Part shown: positions 7,372 through 15,002 of the stretch, piece by piece | How positions within the stretch are numbered: the first letter of the stretch is position 1 | Layout: every line of letters starts with the position of its first letter | Source: an uncultured virus (IMG/VR IMGVR_UViG_3300037440_000397) | Lineage: Duplodnaviria > Heunggongvirae > Uroviricota > Caudoviricetes | Reading direction: 5' to 3' (one strand) | Length of the DNA: 20,000 bases | Virus record (IMG/VR): IMGVR_UViG_3300037440_000397 | Location: 58,574 to 78,573 of that record | Made by a program: the position numbers and the translations under genes | Notes under the pieces: model-generated | The model's input: the letters and a program-made list of their open reading frames with translations, nothing else | What the model was told of the DNA's origin: nothing | Database searches by the model: none

Positions 7372-7605
7372 ATGCCCACCACCGCCGAACTCACAGCCAT
7401 CCGTACCCGCTACGAGGAAGCCGTCGCCGCCGCCGAAGCCGAACGCACCGCCGCCGTGAAGGCGGCCCTCGCCGCTGGCACCCCGCAGAAGGACCTCGTC
7501 GACGCCACCGGCTACACGCGCGAAACTCTGCGCCGGATCGCCAACCCCGAGGCAGCCGAGGCCATCCGCAACGCCCGCCGGACGAAGAAGGAGCAGACCG
7601 CATGA
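7372..7605 (+). CDS. small helix-turn-helix DNA-binding protein (probable repressor)
   Basis: Ala-rich helix then GTPQKDLVDATGYTRETLRRIA, an HTH pattern; divergent from the operator-covered promoter. Confidence 0.75.
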   Translation: MPTTAELTAIRTRYEEAVAAAEAERTAAVKAALAAGTPQKDLVDATGYTRETLRRIANPEAAEAIRNARRTKKEQTA

Positions 7606-7841
7606 GCTACCGCCCGTACCCCAACCCGACCCGCGCCCGTCACCAGATCGAGCGCCACGACGACGAGACCCCTCCGCTGCCGGACGGTTCGGGGCGTCCG
7701 CTCTCGCCGTTCGAGCAGCACGTCATGGCGGGCGTGGAGGGTATGGGTGAAGCGCTGCGCCCGCAGTTGGAAGCGATGGGCAGGTCCCTGCTCGCCGCGT
7801 TCCGGCCGCGCCCGGCGAGCAGCGAGGAGAAGACCGCATGA
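7602..7841 (+). CDS. hypothetical phage protein (79 aa, MSYRPYPNPTRAR...)
   Basis: AAGGAG-N8-ATG with ATGA overlap. Confidence 0.75.
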   Translation: MSYRPYPNPTRARHQIERHDDETPPLPDGSGRPLSPFEQHVMAGVEGMGEALRPQLEAMGRSLLAAFRPRPASSEEKTA

Positions 7842-8254
7842 GCACCGTCTACACCGTCGACGAACTCTCGACCATGCACAGATGCCCAGGACGAAGCGAC
7901 TTCTCCACCGAAGAGGCATACCAACTGACCGCAGGAACGTACTTCGCGTTGATGCGTGAACGCGTACTCACCAAGGCCGAGACGACTGCCCGCCGTGAGG
8001 CATTGGCCGACATCTACGCCGGCAACGGACACGTGATCGCGTTCGACTATTGCGGGACTCCCATCAAGCGCGGCGACACGGTCCGGGCGTGGCGGCACGG
8101 GAAAGGCTTCGGCTGCGTCGTGCGGTTGGTGGACAGTCACCGCCTCTCTGATGATGTGAACAGCCCGTTCAGGGTCGAGCTTGTGCGCTGTGATGACGGC
8201 GTTGAGGTGGAGCGTTGGTCGGACCAGGTTCAGAGTGAGGAGACGAGCACATGA
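7838..8254 (+). CDS. hypothetical protein (138 aa), C-terminus possibly an SH3/KOW-like beta barrel
   Basis: GAGGAG-N8-ATG with ATGA overlap; DYCGTPIKRGDTVRAW motif. Confidence 0.7.
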   Translation: MSTVYTVDELSTMHRCPGRSDFSTEEAYQLTAGTYFALMRERVLTKAETTARREALADIYAGNGHVIAFDYCGTPIKRGDTVRAWRHGKGFGCVVRLVDSHRLSDDVNSPFRVELVRCDDGVEVERWSDQVQSEETST

Positions 8255-8475
8255 GCGACAACGCCACCCCCGAGCCCGAGCCGCAGCCCCTCTCCGGGAA
8301 AGACATGGAACGCCTGCTGCTCCTCGCCGACTGGAGTGGACCGGCCCCTGCCGAGGCGCTGGGCTGGACGGAACGGACGTTGGACGAGGCGTTTGAGCGG
8401 AACAACGCGGAGTTGAGGCGAGCAGCCGAGCGGCTCAGTGAGCGCCCGACGACCGGCGAGGAGCAGACCGGATGA
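8251..8475 (+). CDS. hypothetical protein (74 aa)
   Basis: GAGGAG-N8-ATG with ATGA overlap. Confidence 0.7.
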   Translation: MSDNATPEPEPQPLSGKDMERLLLLADWSGPAPAEALGWTERTLDEAFERNNAELRRAAERLSERPTTGEEQTG

Positions 8476-8792
8476 GCGCAGCGACGCCCGTACCAGGCAC
8501 GACCCGCTACCTGTGCCCCCTCGAATGCGGCTGGCACCACGACGTCCCGCCAGTCAGCCTTGAGCGGCTCGCCGAACTGGGCGCCGCCATCGACCCGGCC
8601 GTGGACGTCAGCGACGTGACCTCGTTTGCGCGCCAGGCGTACCTCGCGGAGGCGCGGCAGACGGATGCCGTGGCGCGGGAGCATCTGGCCACGCACACGA
8701 CGGAGCAGTTCGTACGGACGATCCAGGTCCTGCGTGCCGAGGTGGCCGCGCTTCGGGACCGCCCGACCAGCAGCGAGGATGCGACCGAGTGA
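8472..8792 (+). CDS. hypothetical protein (106 aa) with CPLECGWHH and a distal HxxxH (split zinc-finger-like)
   Basis: GAGGAG-N8-ATG with ATGA overlap. Confidence 0.75.
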   Translation: MSAATPVPGTTRYLCPLECGWHHDVPPVSLERLAELGAAIDPAVDVSDVTSFARQAYLAEARQTDAVAREHLATHTTEQFVRTIQVLRAEVAALRDRPTSSEDATE

Positions 8793-9220
8793 GCGCCCTA
8801 CGCCCCGCCACGCTCGACGAATACCTGACCTGGCTACGCGCCTGGCTCACGCCCTGCCGGCCACCCACGCACGCCTACGACTACCCGTGGTCCCGGTGGA
8901 CGTGGCTCACCGCCACCCGCGACTTCACGCTCGGCGGGGAGTGCGGGGCGAACGCTGTGCACATCCTCGTGCCTGACGGAATCGACTACGCGCGCGGCGA
9001 CATCGGACACAACGAGCTGTACTTCATGAACGGCCCCGTGCAGTGCGGCGGCCTGGTGCCGGTGTTCTCCGACCCGGTGTTCCAGTCGCTGCCTGGTGTG
9101 CCGGAGTTCATCGCGGCTGAGCGGCTGAAGGAGGCCGCGTGGATGCGGGAGCAGGATGAGGCCGAAGAGCAGCGGCGACGGATGGCGGCAGACAGCGACG
9201 TGCCCCGGTGCGCCTGGTGA
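8789..9220 (+). CDS. hypothetical protein (143 aa)
   Basis: GAGGAT-N8-GTG with GTGA overlap; codon bias. Confidence 0.75.
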   Translation: MSALRPATLDEYLTWLRAWLTPCRPPTHAYDYPWSRWTWLTATRDFTLGGECGANAVHILVPDGIDYARGDIGHNELYFMNGPVQCGGLVPVFSDPVFQSLPGVPEFIAAERLKEAAWMREQDEAEEQRRRMAADSDVPRCAW

Positions 9221-9381
9221 GCGGCGAGGAGACGAGCAGGCGAGAGTGGAAGCCGGGCGAGACGATCGGCCCGCAGGACTTCGGGACCACCCCCGCCGGC
9301 CCCAACCCGATCGGTGATGCGATGAAGCGGGATCTGGCGCGCCGGGCTGACGAGATGCTCGCGCAGCGAGGAGGCAAACGG

Positions 9382-9777
9382 ATGAGCCGCGAGCACGTCC
9401 TCTCCCACCTCTACGTCATCTTCTACGACAACCAGCAAGGCCTCGGCCTCTGCGGCTGCGGCAACCCCGAAGCCGCCTACGACCTCATCCGAGACCTCCT
9501 CAGCCTCGCCCCCTTCTACGAAGACTCCCGCTGGAAGACCGCCGAAGCCCTGACCGGGAACATCCCCGGCGCCCACCACATCGTCCTCGGCGCCATGGAC
9601 CGAGCCGGGCTGATCGAGCACGGATCGAGCCAGAACGGGGCGTGGCTCACAGACAAGGGCACGTGGTGTCTCGCTGCGATGCGGACGGCGGAATTCGACG
9701 ACCTCGATCAGCACGGCTATCCGCACGATGGTGAGGCGTGCACGGACGCCTGCTGGCGCCTACCCGTCGACGCGTAA
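9382..9777 (+). CDS. hypothetical phage protein (131 aa; CGCGNP motif, winged-helix-like GLIEHG...WLTDKG); possibly extended in frame from GTG 9217
   Basis: GAGGAG-N8-ATG at 9382. The frame is also open upstream to a GTGA-coupled start at 9217. Confidence 0.75.
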   Translation: MSREHVLSHLYVIFYDNQQGLGLCGCGNPEAAYDLIRDLLSLAPFYEDSRWKTAEALTGNIPGAHHIVLGAMDRAGLIEHGSSQNGAWLTDKGTWCLAAMRTAEFDDLDQHGYPHDGEACTDACWRLPVDA

Positions 9778-9792
9778 CCCACCGCATGACGA

Positions 9793-9821
9793 AGGCCCCG
9801 CACGTGGACGGTGCGGGGCCT
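9793..9821. terminator. bidirectional terminator between convergent genes
   Basis: AGGCCCCGCAC-N7-GTGCGGGGCCT between the stops at 9777 (+) and 9834 (-). Confidence 0.8.
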
Positions 9822-9833
9822 CTCGCGTGCGGG

Positions 9834-10118
9834 CTACTGCTCCCCGTCGAACGCGTCCTCATAAAACTTGCCCTTGTCGAACCGGCCGTCCTCATCCAGC
9901 CAGCCCTCATCGCCCATGATCTGGTTCATGAGGATCGCCGAGTAGTCGTCTTCCTTCACGTCCTTGCAGGCGTCCGGCTTGCCCTTGCCGTCCTCCTCGA
10001 ACTGTGCGGCGAGGGCCTTCGTGCAGTCGTTCACGGTGTCGTCGTACGACTTGGAGCAGCCGACCGCGGCGCCGGCGAGCAACAGGGTGGTGGCGAGCAG
10101 GGCGATGGTGTGGCGCAT
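9834..10118 (-). CDS. small acidic lipoprotein (94 aa)
   Basis: Signal peptide MRHTIALLATTLLLAGAAVG-C (lipobox); two further Cys; GGGGGGA RBS. Confidence 0.8.
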   Translation of the reverse strand: MRHTIALLATTLLLAGAAVGCSKSYDDTVNDCTKALAAQFEEDGKGKPDACKDVKEDDYSAILMNQIMGDEGWLDEDGRFDKGKFYEDAFDGEQ

Positions 10119-10148
10119 GGTCCCCCCAAGGACGTGATGGTGGGCGGG

Positions 10149-10171
10149 ATCGTAGCGGCCGGTACCGACAA
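10149..10171 (-). promoter_or_regulatory. RecA-NDp / PafBC-type promoter motif upstream of the lipoprotein
   Basis: TTGTCGG-TACCGGCCGC(10)-TACGAT fits TGTCGG-N10-TA-N3-T. Confidence 0.6.
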
Positions 10172-10188
10172 CCGGTGCGGAAACGGGC

Positions 10189-10225
10189 GAAGCCCCTGCC
10201 GTCGGGGGGACGCGGCAGGGGCTTC
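10189..10225 (-). terminator. terminator of the tra/spd operon
   Basis: GAAGCCCCTGCCG-N11-CGGCAGGGGCTTC, a 13-bp perfect stem after the spdD-like stop. Confidence 0.75.
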
Positions 10226-10278
10226 TTCAGGGGTTTGCCGGGCGCTACCCGGCGCGAGTCTCCAGTGTGGCAGGCGCG

Positions 10279-10608
10279 TCAACGACCACGCTGGTAGTCA
10301 CGCCACATGCCACGCAGCACGAGAACGCAGATCGTCAGGGCGACCGCGACGAGGCCGAGGACGGCGGCGAGGATCGTCAGCCCGAACACCACGAACATGA
10401 CGACCACGGCCGCGATGGCGAACGCGACCAGGGCGAGACAGCCGCCCGCCGCGTACGCGCCCCACGGGCGGGCCACGATCGGCTGCAACGGCGCGGACTG
10501 AACAGCAGGTTGCGGGTACGGCAACACAGGCTCGGCGTACATGGGGTTACCCGCCAGGTCGTAGCCGATCTGCACCGGCCCGCGCTCGGCCGGCAGAAAC
10601 GGGTTCAC
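10279..10608 (-). CDS. SpdD-like spread protein (Pro-rich N-terminus, long hydrophobic hairpin)
   Basis: GTGA-coupled to the traB-like stop with a GAGGAG RBS. The C-terminal AVALTICVLVLRGMW pattern is typical of SpdD-like proteins. Confidence 0.7.
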   Translation of the reverse strand: MNPFLPAERGPVQIGYDLAGNPMYAEPVLPYPQPAVQSAPLQPIVARPWGAYAAGGCLALVAFAIAAVVVMFVVFGLTILAAVLGLVAVALTICVLVLRGMWRDYQRGR

Positions 10609-12536
10609 GAGGTCTCCTCGGACAAGTAGTAGCGGATCGAGCGGCCGTCCCGCTTGTCGCAGACGCCGTGCCGCATCCACTCGTCGATCGCGCGCATCGC
10701 CGTGTCCCGCGACACCTGGCACGCCTGCGCCAGCTCCTTCTTCGTCGCCCCGCCGTCCAGCCCGGCGAACACCCGGTACAGGTCCGGCCACTGGTCGCGG
10801 CCCACGTTCGTACCGTCGGGAAAACGCAGCGGCGCGAACTGGGCCACCCACGGCTCATCGGTGAGCACAGGCTGCGGCTCCGTGTCCCGCATGTCGGAGT
10901 AGAAGAACCCGACCTCGTCAGCAATGTCGGTGTCGGACACGTACTCGGCCCGGTACACGCGCGGTGTGTCGTGCTCCGGGGTCTGCGCCAAAAACTTGCC
11001 GGGCAGGTCGAGTTGCTCGGGCCGCCACCCCTTGGTCTGGCAGCCCTGCCCGAAGATGAACGGCGCGTGCCCGGCCTCACCCGCGCGGGTGGAGATGCGG
11101 TTGGCGTAGTTGCCGCGCGCATCCGTCGAGCCACCGAAGACCTTGCGGGACGGCTGCTGGGTGGCGGACACGAACTGGATAGCGAGGAACCGTGCGATCG
11201 CCAGCAGACTCTCGTACAGCCCGGACAGCTCCGCATCCTGCCGGACCAACTCGGCGAGCTCGTCCGTCACCACGAAGATCGCCGTGCCGTGCTCCCCCGG
11301 CACCCACTTACGGACCGGACCGCGGCCCTCCGCCATAGCCTGCCGGGAGAGTTCGGCAAGGATCGCACCACGGCGATCGCACTCGGCGCGGATGAACTCC
11401 AGCAGTTCCCGCGCCTGCACGGCGTTCCCCGCAAGCGCCTTCATCCGGTCGCGCCACGGCCCGAGCTCGGGCTGGCCCGGCTTCATATCGATGCCGTACA
11501 GGTCGGCGTCCTCGCACCGGTTGAGGCGTTTGAGGACCAGGTTGACGATGCCGGATTTCCCCCAGTCGGAGGCTCCGGCGACGAGGGTGTGCCGGTACAG
11601 CAGGGTGAGGAGGAACGTCTCGCCGTCCTCGTCGCGGCCCAGCATCACGGGCTGACGGCAGGTGGTGACGCCGGTGTCTGTGACCGTCAGGGTCGCAGCA
11701 AGCGAGTCGGTCATGGCGACCTTCACGATCAAGTCGTTCGCCTCCGGGCCCTCGGCGAGAGTGAGCCTGCCGGGCGCGCCCATGTTCGACTGCAACTGCT
11801 GCGCCCGCTTCACCAGCACGGCGGGGGCGGTGTTCTTCCCGGGCGGCGTCTTGAGGATGCACGACCACGAACCATCGGGTGAGCGGTGGAAGGCGTGCAC
11901 GGCCAGCGGCACCGTGCCGGTGAGGGCGTGGAATCCGCGGCGCAGCACGGTCTCCTCCGGGCTCGCTCCGGTCAGGCCCGGGTCGGCGGCCTCCAAACCG
12001 AGCGCCTCCGGCAGTGTGCCCTTGGCCTTGACGGTGTCGACGTGCAACTTGAGACGCGCGTTGCGCTGCAACGCGAGCCACGGCCCGTACACCCCGTACG
12101 CCGCCCCGGTTGTCAGGGCCCACGCGGTCGCCGTCGGCCACGAAAACCCGGCCGCCACGGCGGTGGTGATGTCGCCGAGCGCGAGAAACCCGCCAGCGCC
12201 GAGGTGGGTGATCGCGGGGGCCTTGCTGCGCATGCCGGCCACCGCGGCCGCACCGGACACGACGGCGAGGGTGCCGTACCCGACAGCGGTCCCGGCGCCG
12301 TCCTGGGCCAGGCCGAGCCCGGTGATGGCGGTGGTGGCTGCGGCGGGCGCGAGTTCGTAGCGCCGTCGGGACAGCCACTGCCCGAGCCTGGTGGTGCAGT
12401 AGACGCAGCGGGTCCAGCGTGACGACGACGATGACGACGACGACCCGGAAAGCCCGTGACCGGGGATTTTGTACTCCGAGGTGGCGCCAGCGTTCGTCAT
12501 CGTCATCGGGATCGGCGTGTACACAGGCTGGTTCAT
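10605..12536 (-). CDS. traB: TraB-like FtsK/SpoIIIE-family dsDNA translocase (643 aa)
   Basis: N-terminal TM segments, Walker A GASDWGKS, IDMKPG..EL..W, Walker B FVVTDE, SATQQP, and a C-terminal winged HTH (TKKELAQACQVSRDTAMRAI). ATGA-coupled start. Confidence 0.85.
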   Translation of the reverse strand: MNQPVYTPIPMTMTNAGATSEYKIPGHGLSGSSSSSSSSRWTRCVYCTTRLGQWLSRRRYELAPAAATTAITGLGLAQDGAGTAVGYGTLAVVSGAAAVAGMRSKAPAITHLGAGGFLALGDITTAVAAGFSWPTATAWALTTGAAYGVYGPWLALQRNARLKLHVDTVKAKGTLPEALGLEAADPGLTGASPEETVLRRGFHALTGTVPLAVHAFHRSPDGSWSCILKTPPGKNTAPAVLVKRAQQLQSNMGAPGRLTLAEGPEANDLIVKVAMTDSLAATLTVTDTGVTTCRQPVMLGRDEDGETFLLTLLYRHTLVAGASDWGKSGIVNLVLKRLNRCEDADLYGIDMKPGQPELGPWRDRMKALAGNAVQARELLEFIRAECDRRGAILAELSRQAMAEGRGPVRKWVPGEHGTAIFVVTDELAELVRQDAELSGLYESLLAIARFLAIQFVSATQQPSRKVFGGSTDARGNYANRISTRAGEAGHAPFIFGQGCQTKGWRPEQLDLPGKFLAQTPEHDTPRVYRAEYVSDTDIADEVGFFYSDMRDTEPQPVLTDEPWVAQFAPLRFPDGTNVGRDQWPDLYRVFAGLDGGATKKELAQACQVSRDTAMRAIDEWMRHGVCDKRDGRSIRYYLSEETS

Positions 12537-12832
12537 GCGGTGGCCTTGGCGGTGTAGAGGGCGGCGCCGGCGCCTGCGGTGAGGATCCACAGGACGACGT
12601 CGATCACGTGGCGGACAGCACGCAGGAGCACAGCGAGTGTGGCGGCCAGGACCAGCACGGACGCGCCGAGGGTGCGCCATACGGGCGCGCCGACAGCGTG
12701 AGCGAGCGTGCCGACCACGGCCGTGTACCCGACGACGGCAGCGAGGAGCGGGGCGTTCGGGAGCCAGGACGCGGCGAGGATCGCAGCGAGCAGACCTGCG
12801 GCGGCGGTGAGGAGAAGCGTCGGCTTCGTCAC
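12533..12832 (-). CDS. small hydrophobic membrane protein (Spd-like, 99 aa)
   Basis: About three hydrophobic segments; overlap-coupled to both neighbours. Confidence 0.7.
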   Translation of the reverse strand: MTKPTLLLTAAAGLLAAILAASWLPNAPLLAAVVGYTAVVGTLAHAVGAPVWRTLGASVLVLAATLAVLLRAVRHVIDVVLWILTAGAGAALYTAKATA

Positions 12833-13770
12833 AGGTACGGCCCTTCTGCCGTCTTGCGCGCCTTACGGACGGCGGCGGCGACGGAGTCCCGGTTGGCCTC
12901 CGGACGGACCCGCATGATCGCCTCTGTTACGTGCTTGTTGTCGCTCATCTTCCCGACGAAATCGCGAGCGAGATCGGCCACGCTCGCGACGGGTTCGCGA
13001 ATCTGATTCGCCGTGTTGACCAGCGGGTTCGGGGCGAGTTCGGCGGTGCGATCGCGAGCGAGTTCGCCGAGGACGGACCGCAGGCTCGCGAACTGTTCGG
13101 TGAGCGCGGCGACTACCGGACCGGGTTCGGGTTCGGCACGCTCGGCGGCCGGATCGTCGACCGTGACCGGGGTGCGCCGCTTCAGGTCGGCCCGTGTGGT
13201 GATCTCCTTGATGCCCACATCGAAGTCGACCTCAAGGCGTTCCATGTCGACCTTGCCCTTGGCCCGGATCGCGGCGATGTCCTCCGCAGCCTCACGCTCG
13301 ATCTGCGCGGCCTTCAGGCGGGCCTGGTACTCGCTGTCGCGGATCACGTCGTTGATCTCGGCTTCCTGCTCCACGGTCAGCGCGGTCGGATCGTAAGAGC
13401 GGAGGAGCCGGAGCCGAATGTCACCGACCCACGAGATTTTGGCGACGATCGGGGGGAGCGCGCCGGCGAACGCGGCAGCCGGGGTGATGGTCCAGCCGTG
13501 CCAGGCGAGGAGGGCGCAGGCGACGACGAGCGTCACCCATTCCACGACCTCGATGACGCGGCCGCCGATCCGCTTGTAGGAGAGGTACTGGACGACTCCC
13601 CATAGACCGTCGACGGACACGGCGGCGAGGATGCCCCAGGCGCCGGACTCGATGAGGTCGGTGATGGACCAGCCAGTCCAGCACAGCGACACCGCGGTGA
13701 AGACCAGGGCGATCGGGGTGAGAGTCGTGAGGCGGCGCTCAGTGGCCGGCTGTCGACTGGGGCTGGTCAT
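12829..13770 (-). CDS. SpdB/KilB-like integral membrane spread protein (313 aa)
   Basis: Four N-terminal TM helices (AVSLCWTGWSITDL, AVSVDGLW, LAWHG, GALPPIVAK), a coiled coil and a helical C-terminal domain; AGGAG RBS. Confidence 0.7.
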   Translation of the reverse strand: MTSPSRQPATERRLTTLTPIALVFTAVSLCWTGWSITDLIESGAWGILAAVSVDGLWGVVQYLSYKRIGGRVIEVVEWVTLVVACALLAWHGWTITPAAAFAGALPPIVAKISWVGDIRLRLLRSYDPTALTVEQEAEINDVIRDSEYQARLKAAQIEREAAEDIAAIRAKGKVDMERLEVDFDVGIKEITTRADLKRRTPVTVDDPAAERAEPEPGPVVAALTEQFASLRSVLGELARDRTAELAPNPLVNTANQIREPVASVADLARDFVGKMSDNKHVTEAIMRVRPEANRDSVAAAVRKARKTAEGPYL

Positions 13771-13780
13771 GGCGGCGCTC

Positions 13781-14518
13781 CTAGGCGTCGTAGAAGTAGC
13801 GGGCGGTGGCGCCCTTGTCGGTGGCTTCCTTGCGGATCCGGTCGACTTCTTCGCGGACGACGGTCACGGCGTCGCCGAGCTGGGTGAGGTCGAACCACTC
13901 GCCGTTCTTGCGGTAGTCGGCGAACCGGCGATGCAGCTCTCGTTCAAGCTGTTCGTGTCCCGGGAGTGACCATGCGACGGTGAGCTTGCCGGGGCTTCCG
14001 GTCTGAAGTTCTCGGGCGCGTTGTTCTGGCTTCACGGCGTACCCGATCTTGACCAGCTTCGAGTTGCTCGACTTGATCACGTACACGTGCGTCTGTCGCT
14101 GGGCCTTGGGCGCCGTGCGCTGGACTGGCGCGCTTTGAGGCGGCGAATACTGGGGCTGAGTTGGGGCCTCGTCGCGGATGTGGCGGTGTTTTGGGTCTGA
14201 CTGGTGGCCAAAGAAGACGACCTGCCGCGCGTCCTCCGCCGCTCTCGCCATAGCAGCGTTGCCGGCGCCGATCGCGTAGCCGCACAGCGCGTTCACGTGG
14301 TTGAAGATCGCGGGGTCCAGGTTCCGGGCTGCGTCGCTGATCTGGCTGACAAGCTCCGTGATTCGGCCGTCGACGTGCACCCCGGGCCGGGCGATGGCCT
14401 GGTTGACGATCCCTGATGCGTAGTTGTAGTCGAACGTGTAGTCGCCGATGTTGCGGGCCTGGGGCTGCTTGCTCGTCTGCGCGTCCTCTTGCGGATGCTG
14501 CCTGGTCTTCCAGAACAC
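13781..14518 (-). CDS. T5orf172/Mug113-type GIY-YIG superfamily domain protein with an unknown N-terminal domain
   Basis: HVYVIK...VKIGYAVKPEQRARELQTGSP...LERELHRRFADYRKNGEWF; AGGAGAG RBS before GTG. Confidence 0.85.
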   Translation of the reverse strand: MFWKTRQHPQEDAQTSKQPQARNIGDYTFDYNYASGIVNQAIARPGVHVDGRITELVSQISDAARNLDPAIFNHVNALCGYAIGAGNAAMARAAEDARQVVFFGHQSDPKHRHIRDEAPTQPQYSPPQSAPVQRTAPKAQRQTHVYVIKSSNSKLVKIGYAVKPEQRARELQTGSPGKLTVAWSLPGHEQLERELHRRFADYRKNGEWFDLTQLGDAVTVVREEVDRIRKEATDKGATARYFYDA

Positions 14519-14564
14519 GTGTGCGGCTCTCCTGGCGGTCTCGTGCGGTGGGTGGCTGTGGGAG

Positions 14565-14601
14565 GCCGCCCCCTCGCGTGGGGGTATTGCGAGGGGGCGG
14601 C
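14565..14601. other. intercistronic hairpin (13-bp perfect stem) in the tra operon
   Basis: GCCGCCCCCTCGC-N11-GCGAGGGGGCGGC. Confidence 0.65.
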
Positions 14602-14613
14602 GGCTGTGGGGGT

Positions 14614-14745
14614 TTAGCGTCGGGCTGCTGCTTGGGCGGCGGCCTTGCGTGCGGCCTCTGCGGCTTCGGCGGCGGCTTTGGCTGCGGCGACGCGTTGTTG
14701 GGTGAGGTGCCAGGCGGCGTTGGCGTCGTCACGGATGTTGCTCAC
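14614..14745 (-). CDS. 43-aa Ala-rich helical peptide (MSNIRDDANAAWHLTQQRVAAAKAAAE...)
   Basis: GGAGG RBS, GTGA overlap and TAA stop; below the ORF-track cutoff. Confidence 0.6.
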   Translation of the reverse strand: MSNIRDDANAAWHLTQQRVAAAKAAAEAAEAARKAAAQAAARR

Positions 14746-14888
14746 AGGGAGCCTCCGGGGGAGCGACGCGGGAGGCTGTCTTCCGGATGGGGGCGGGGTG
14801 CGGGGACCGGGAGGCGTTGCGGGAGGTCGCCGCCGGGCCGCTGGTGCTCGGGGGTGGGCTGTGGGGTGGGCTGGTCGTTACGCTTCAC
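14742..14888 (-). CDS. 48-aa Pro-rich peptide, first gene of the tra operon
   Basis: AAGGAG RBS before GTG; its stop overlaps the next start. Confidence 0.55.
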   Translation of the reverse strand: MKRNDQPTPQPTPEHQRPGGDLPQRLPVPAPRPHPEDSLPRRSPGGSL

Positions 14889-14925
14889 GCGGACCTGCTC
14901 CTTCGTCACGGTTGCGGGTGGGTCC

Positions 14926-14966
14926 GCCCCCGGCCCATATGGCGTTCGTAGCGCCGGGCCGGGGGC
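14926..14966. other. 5'-UTR hairpin of the tra operon
   Basis: GCCCCCGGCCC / GGGCCGGGGGC outer stem (11 bp) with an inner GGCG/CGCC stem. Confidence 0.55.
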
Positions 14967-15002
14967 TTTGTTCATCACCGGAAGGGCAGTCGCTCCCGTC
15001 CG

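Noticed and set aside
7573..9387. Repeated junctions as a CRISPR array or integron attC sites
   Set aside because: Repeats are degenerate, non-palindromic and separated by 220-590-nt genes; no cas or intI gene is in the window.
12421..12449. (GAC)n microsatellite encoding poly-Ser in TraB, next to a single GACCCGGA (the pSVH1 TraB recognition 8-mer)
   Set aside because: A triplet repeat cannot phase-shift the frame, and one 8-mer in high-GC DNA is expected by chance; a clt needs a cluster.
13086..13100. CGAAC-T-GTTCG resembling an actinobacterial LexA box
   Set aside because: Spacer is 1 nt instead of 4 (TCGAAC-N4-GTTCGA) and it lies inside a coding region.
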